This document shows positions 58,864 to 64,000 of a DNA stretch of 64,000 nt, piece by piece (within the stretch, counting starts at the first letter, position 1; every line of letters begins with the position of its first letter). The notes beneath the pieces were generated by a model that was given only the letters and a program-made list of their open reading frames with translations, did not search any database and was not told where the DNA came from. Origin of the DNA: Auanema rhodensis (taxonomy: Eukaryota; Animalia; Nematoda); the NCBI GenBank assembly GCA_964057225.1, contig OZ059894.1, forward strand, positions 7,812,001-7,876,000. The letters are read 5' to 3'. The position numbers and the translations under genes were made by a program.

Positions 58864-60872
58864 TGTATTTAAATTTGAATTGTAAATATATGTAATTTAC
58901 TAATAAATGACAATTCATTGTAATCAAATTTTTGAGGGAAATGAATATGAATGATTAATCATTGAAAGATTTCTGAACTATCTTTATCACTTTCTTTTTA
59001 TCTGAAAAAAAAAAAACAAAGATAATTATGAAATTGCGATTTCAAAATGAACATCTATAGAAAATACTAATTCTTGTACTTATGATTGTCTTTTAACTGA
59101 AAATAATAGATAAAACAGAATAAACACCAAACTTTTCAACGATAAGACAATTTGATCACAAAACAGCAGAAAAATGGTCGAATTGGTGACAATATATCAG
59201 AAAGTGTATTCATTGATTTTGTTGGTCTCCAGTGTTCTCTTAAATACATAAAGACTTTAGATGTAATGCGCTTGACTATCAGAAAATGAAAAGAAGTTGA
59301 CGTTCAGGGAATATCAATTTGTTGTGAAATTTTAGAATGTCTTTAGTAAGACAAATTGTATGATGTTTACGAGCACGTAAAACGTGTAAACGTCAAAGCG
59401 GTCCAGTTTCACGTAAAAAATTAACATATTGATGATAATTATTGATTTTTTTTCACGTAGATTAAGCTTGAAATGAATACTTTTGATTCAAATTCATAAA
59501 AAAAAAACAAAAAAATAATACTATTGATAGTAATATTAATAATTTAATAAAAAGTATACTGAGATCTTTTTTGAATATCGTGGTATATTCGAGAAAATAT
59601 CGTTCACGACTGCTTCTATTTTTCCAAATTGATAGACAAACGTCTCGTATCTACCACGATTTGAATTCAAAAAAGATCTCAGCATACTTTTTACTAAGCC
59701 AACTAACATATTAATAAAATGAAAAATCAGTAGAAATTATACATATTATTGATTTTTTCAATTTTATTATTGAAAAGTATTTGTCTCAAGTTTACACAGT
59801 AATCATGTAACTTAATTATAAACAAGCTTCGTTCATCAACTGGCTGAATTGCTTAAAATTGGGCCTAAATCCCAGTGATAAGTTATTTATAATTTTCATT
59901 ATATCAGCGTTAAAGGAATTCTGCAAAACAGTTGTAGCTGTGAAGCGGAAGACTTCGGCAAGCGTCGATTTGTATTTATGTGCTGTGCAACATCATAGTG
60001 AAGAAGGGTCAGATGGTAATGTCTTTTTTGATATTTAAAGCATATACGATATTCTGTTTTAGATATATTTTGTTTATTTATTTGTAAGAACTCTACAACA
60101 ACCAAATATGTTGGTATTAACGTTATAATTTTGTGTACGAGTTTAATAGATGAATGGACTTTGACGTAAAAAATGTCTGCTCAATAAGATAGAATCAATT
60201 CTATGAGTTAATGGCAAATAATATGATTTTACGATATATTATATGTAAATGACAAAGGAGAATGATTATAAGTTTATATTTACAAAAAGTGAAATGATCA
60301 ACAGAAGCAGATGAAAATATGGTTAATCAAAGAAGCAGAGTTGTTCACATGCTAATATTATTGTGTTTTCTTTTTTTCATAAATGTATGTACTCAATGAT
60401 CTTCAATGTTTATAATTCTGACTGTTATATTTTGATAAATTGAATATTTTATCTGAAACCTGTTAATATAATGTTTATATAAAAAATATTAATATTAATT
60501 TTAATATTTAAATTTATTTCGTCATTATTCGATTACATTTTTATATAGCTGCCATTCCCAGTTGTGATTTGTGTTACCATTTACATTAACTTTTTTTCAT
60601 AAAACAAGCTGTTCTTTTATTTGTTATGAGAAAATCCATTGTACTTGATACTAAATAATAAACTCGTAATTTTTGCTCAACGGCAACAAACCAAAAGTTT
60701 TATTTCCTTTGATTCAATGCTTTAACGACAAAGTAATATCTTGATTTATGTTATATATGCTATATGTTTCATTATAGTTATATCTCAACATTTCATGTTC
60801 CATAAGTATTTGTCTCAAGTTTACACAGTAGTCATGTAACTTAATTATTCGTAATTAGATATTCAGTTTTCC

Positions 60873-60875
60873 ATA

Positions 60876-60917
<42 letters not shown>

Positions 60918-60961
60918 AATATAAATATATATATAGATATTCACTTATATATATATATATA
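60873..60961 (+). repeat. (TA)n microsatellite, interrupted
   Basis: Long TA runs. Confidence 0.9.
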
Positions 60962-61213
60962 TTAATATGTGTGTATTTATATATTATAAAAACCTTAACT
61001 AAATTTTATTCAAATAATTTGACTTTTTTTTATTCTAAAGAAATTATCCTCGGGGTACAAGCCAAGCAAACAAGATACAAATTACCTCTTATTTCATTGT
61101 TTCTCCCATAGTGACGATTGTAATCACCAAGTCAGCATTATCGTTTTATTCTATTTTCTGTTCCGTTTTCTGATTTTTCTATTTTCACCTTTAGTTTCTT
61201 TATTTCATAGGCG

Positions 61214-62556
61214 ATGGATTTAAGTGATATAAATGCAAATATTTCAAATAAATTACTTTATATAATTCTTGGTTCATCAATTTTTTGTGCTTCTTTTATT
61301 TTTTTAGTTTTGTATATACCAATAATGTTTGTAAGTTATAATTATTTCGAATTATCATGTAAAGTTGTACTAATGTTTTAGATTTTCCTAACTGATAAAG
61401 AATATATGCGTTCTAAAGCTTATATCATTATGACTTGTATAGCAGTAACGGATATTCTTCAACTATTCATTCATATGTATTCTGGTATTCTTGTTTTAGT
61501 CAATAATTCAAGAATAGATATGACTTTTAATAAGGTTTAAATGAAGTTTCAACTTTATGCTGTTATTTCTATATTTTTATAGATAATGGGGGCTTTGCTC
61601 TCTGGATTATGGTATTGCATGCTTATGTTAACTTCATTTCTGAATATAAACCGTTTGTGTGATATAATATTCTTCAAATATTCGGGATCCAAAATAATAA
61701 CTTATATCCACACGGTATGACACAAAACTTAATAAGCTAAATAAGAATGATATTATCAAATATTGAAGAAAATATTTCATTCATTTCAATTATTCAATTT
61801 AAATTATTTTAGATGTTTTACATAGCTTGTATTCTCTCATTCATATCACCAACAGTTTTAAAACTCCTTCCAAAAAATAATTATATTTTTATTGCAAGAC
61901 AGTTTTTTTGGGGACCATTGTCAACCGATGATGATATATCTTTCATTATGAGAGCATGTGGAAGATATCTTGTTTTAGTTGTTGTATTTTCATCTGTAAT
62001 TACTTATACATTAATAGTTGCTCACATACTGTTTATGGTATTTGGTTATTATATATATATTTTTTTCTTTGCACACAATAATATATTTTTATTATGTTTC
62101 ACATTAAGTATTGCAATTTCAGACACATTCTAAGCTGACTGCAAGAGAGCGAAAAATAACGATCCAGGTAAATACATTGATTTCAGCTCACAAATATTTG
62201 AGTATATAAATATAAATATAATATTGTATATGCAGGTTATTTTAATTATTCTATATTTTTTATTTTCTTATGTTTATTGGAATTATATGCATGCTTGGTT
62301 TCCTAAACATTTCATATTTGAATATATATCTTTAATGGTTTGGGTGTTTATGAATGGAATTCATCCTATCATTTATCTCATTTTCAATAAGTAAGTTTTG
62401 AAATAAAGAATTTATTTTGAAGAATAATACAAATTTAGACGATTACGACATTCTTATGGACTGTTAGTCAAATCTTTTATGAAATTGAAAATATCTTCGG
62501 ATTCAAGAAAATGGAATACTACACCAACACGTTCACATAATACGTCAACTTATTAA
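61214..62556 (+). CDS. Nematode 7TM chemoreceptor GPCR (Srt/Srx-like); multi-exon
   Basis: The in-frame spliced model has seven hydrophobic segments, including LYIPIMFIF..AYIIMTCIAVTDILQL, FLNINRL, ERKITIQV and NGIHPIIYLIFNKRLR. ATG follows a tttcatag acceptor; TAA at 62554-62556. Confidence 0.88.
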
Positions 62557-64000
62557 GTTATCATATCACTGTTGACGCAAGATAGTATATGTAATGTTAA
62601 AAAATCCAATTCAATTTCCAATTCAATAAATATTGTTTGAAATTATCACTAATTTGCTCATAAGATGTGTGTCAGAATGTATGAAATATTCATAAATAAA
62701 TGTTTTTTAAAGATTTATTGTAAATTTATTAAAAAAAAACATAACCTTGTTGTTATAAATTCATTTTTATCAAAAAAGGAATAGTATTATGCTCTAAAAG
62801 TAAAATCAAGGATTAGTGTGATCTTTGTTCAATATTTGAAGTACATTAACATCAATATTTCAATAAATAGAAGTCCAATAAAAGTAATTTTATATTCTTT
62901 TCTTTCTTTTATTTTCATTTTTCTCTATGATTTGTCTACTTTCTGTGTAGTTTTCATGTAAATTGATTTTACAATGAATATCTTAAAAAGTTAATTGTAT
63001 TTCGTACTAGGTTTAAGCATATTACACTTGTTTAAAGACAGATCATATCTGATTATGATGATCTACAACGAGAATTAATTCATAATTAGACAAATCATAA
63101 AAATAACTTTTTTTTCTTTTAATAATAATCATTAATAACACATATTTAGCTATTTAATTTTTTTATTAAATTTTCTTTTAAATGACACAAAGTTTAAAAC
63201 AATATAACTTTTACACAATGCAATTGTATAAGAGTTGGACAAATTGTGAGGACAGCAGGCAAATGATGAGGAAAAAAAGAAAATTCGATGGTTAGTCGAT
63301 AACAACATATTCTTCTGTGTAACAGATTTTTTTTCTTATAAAAGGACATTCTAACATGTCTAGGCTTGTATGTACAGACCGAGTATCAACAAATACATTT
63401 TTTTTGCGAAAAAAATTCGGTAGAGTTAGGTGAAAAGAAAGGAAGTGTATCAAGTTGTTGAGATATTTTGCTCTTTAAATTTCAGAAACTAAAAAGAAAA
63501 TGGTGAGAATACAATAATTTCTTTAAATTATGATTATGTTTTGGATACCAAAAATATAATTTAATTTTTCAATGAAGAAAATGAAACGAAAAGGAAAATT
63601 AAAACTGAAACTAAAAAAAGAGAAAATGAAGAGTTATCATGAAATAAGTGTCAGAATTTCTCACGGGATTCAAGTGCCATTTTCTTAGAAAATATGGTAT
63701 GTTTACATACTAGATACATGGATCCCATAATCAGAATCATAATAGGCTGGGTTATCATTAAATTAAATTATTAGTGATAAAGTTGTAGGTGAATTAGGTA
63801 ATAAGAAATTTCACCTGATATAACGACGAGGTCTGTACAACAATTACCCACAAAATGGGATCTGTGACAGAAACTCATGATAAATATACAAAAAAAATAA
63901 AATTATTAGGCTATTAATTACCAGATATCGATGAATTGCTCAAGGGAAGATGTGTGATGTCACATTGGTATTACTAATATCAATGAAAAAGGATGATGAT

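Overview
AT-rich eukaryotic DNA from a rhabditid-type nematode. The evidence is many ~45-55 nt GT-AG introns, TTTCAG-like acceptors just before start codons, an operon-like gene pair and a nematode-type 7TM chemoreceptor. Left to right the window holds: (1) a minus-strand pair, farnesyltransferase beta (fntb-1) then a CEBPZ/Mak21/NOC1 homolog that runs off the left edge; (2) a plus-strand multi-exon E3-like gene (kelch-like propeller, UBA-like domain, coiled coil, IAP-type RING) and a truncated tandem paralog; (3) a minus-strand 316-aa single-pass membrane protein with a signalling-motif-rich tail, followed by ~23 kb with no convincing genes; (4) tRNA-Asn(GTT); (5) a LAPTM-like PY-motif membrane protein; (6) a rearranging cluster of four clan-2 cytochrome P450 genes with pseudogene scars; (7) an Srt/Srx-like GPCR. 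The most notable signals are in the P450 cluster. One copy carries two alternative I-helix (SRS-4) segments in tandem, and two sister copies each retain a different one. The copies are mosaic and differ at substrate-recognition sites. A block dense in TACGTG (HIF-response-like) sites is present three times, and several deletion scars show microhomology. Gene models were spliced by eye and no database searches were run.
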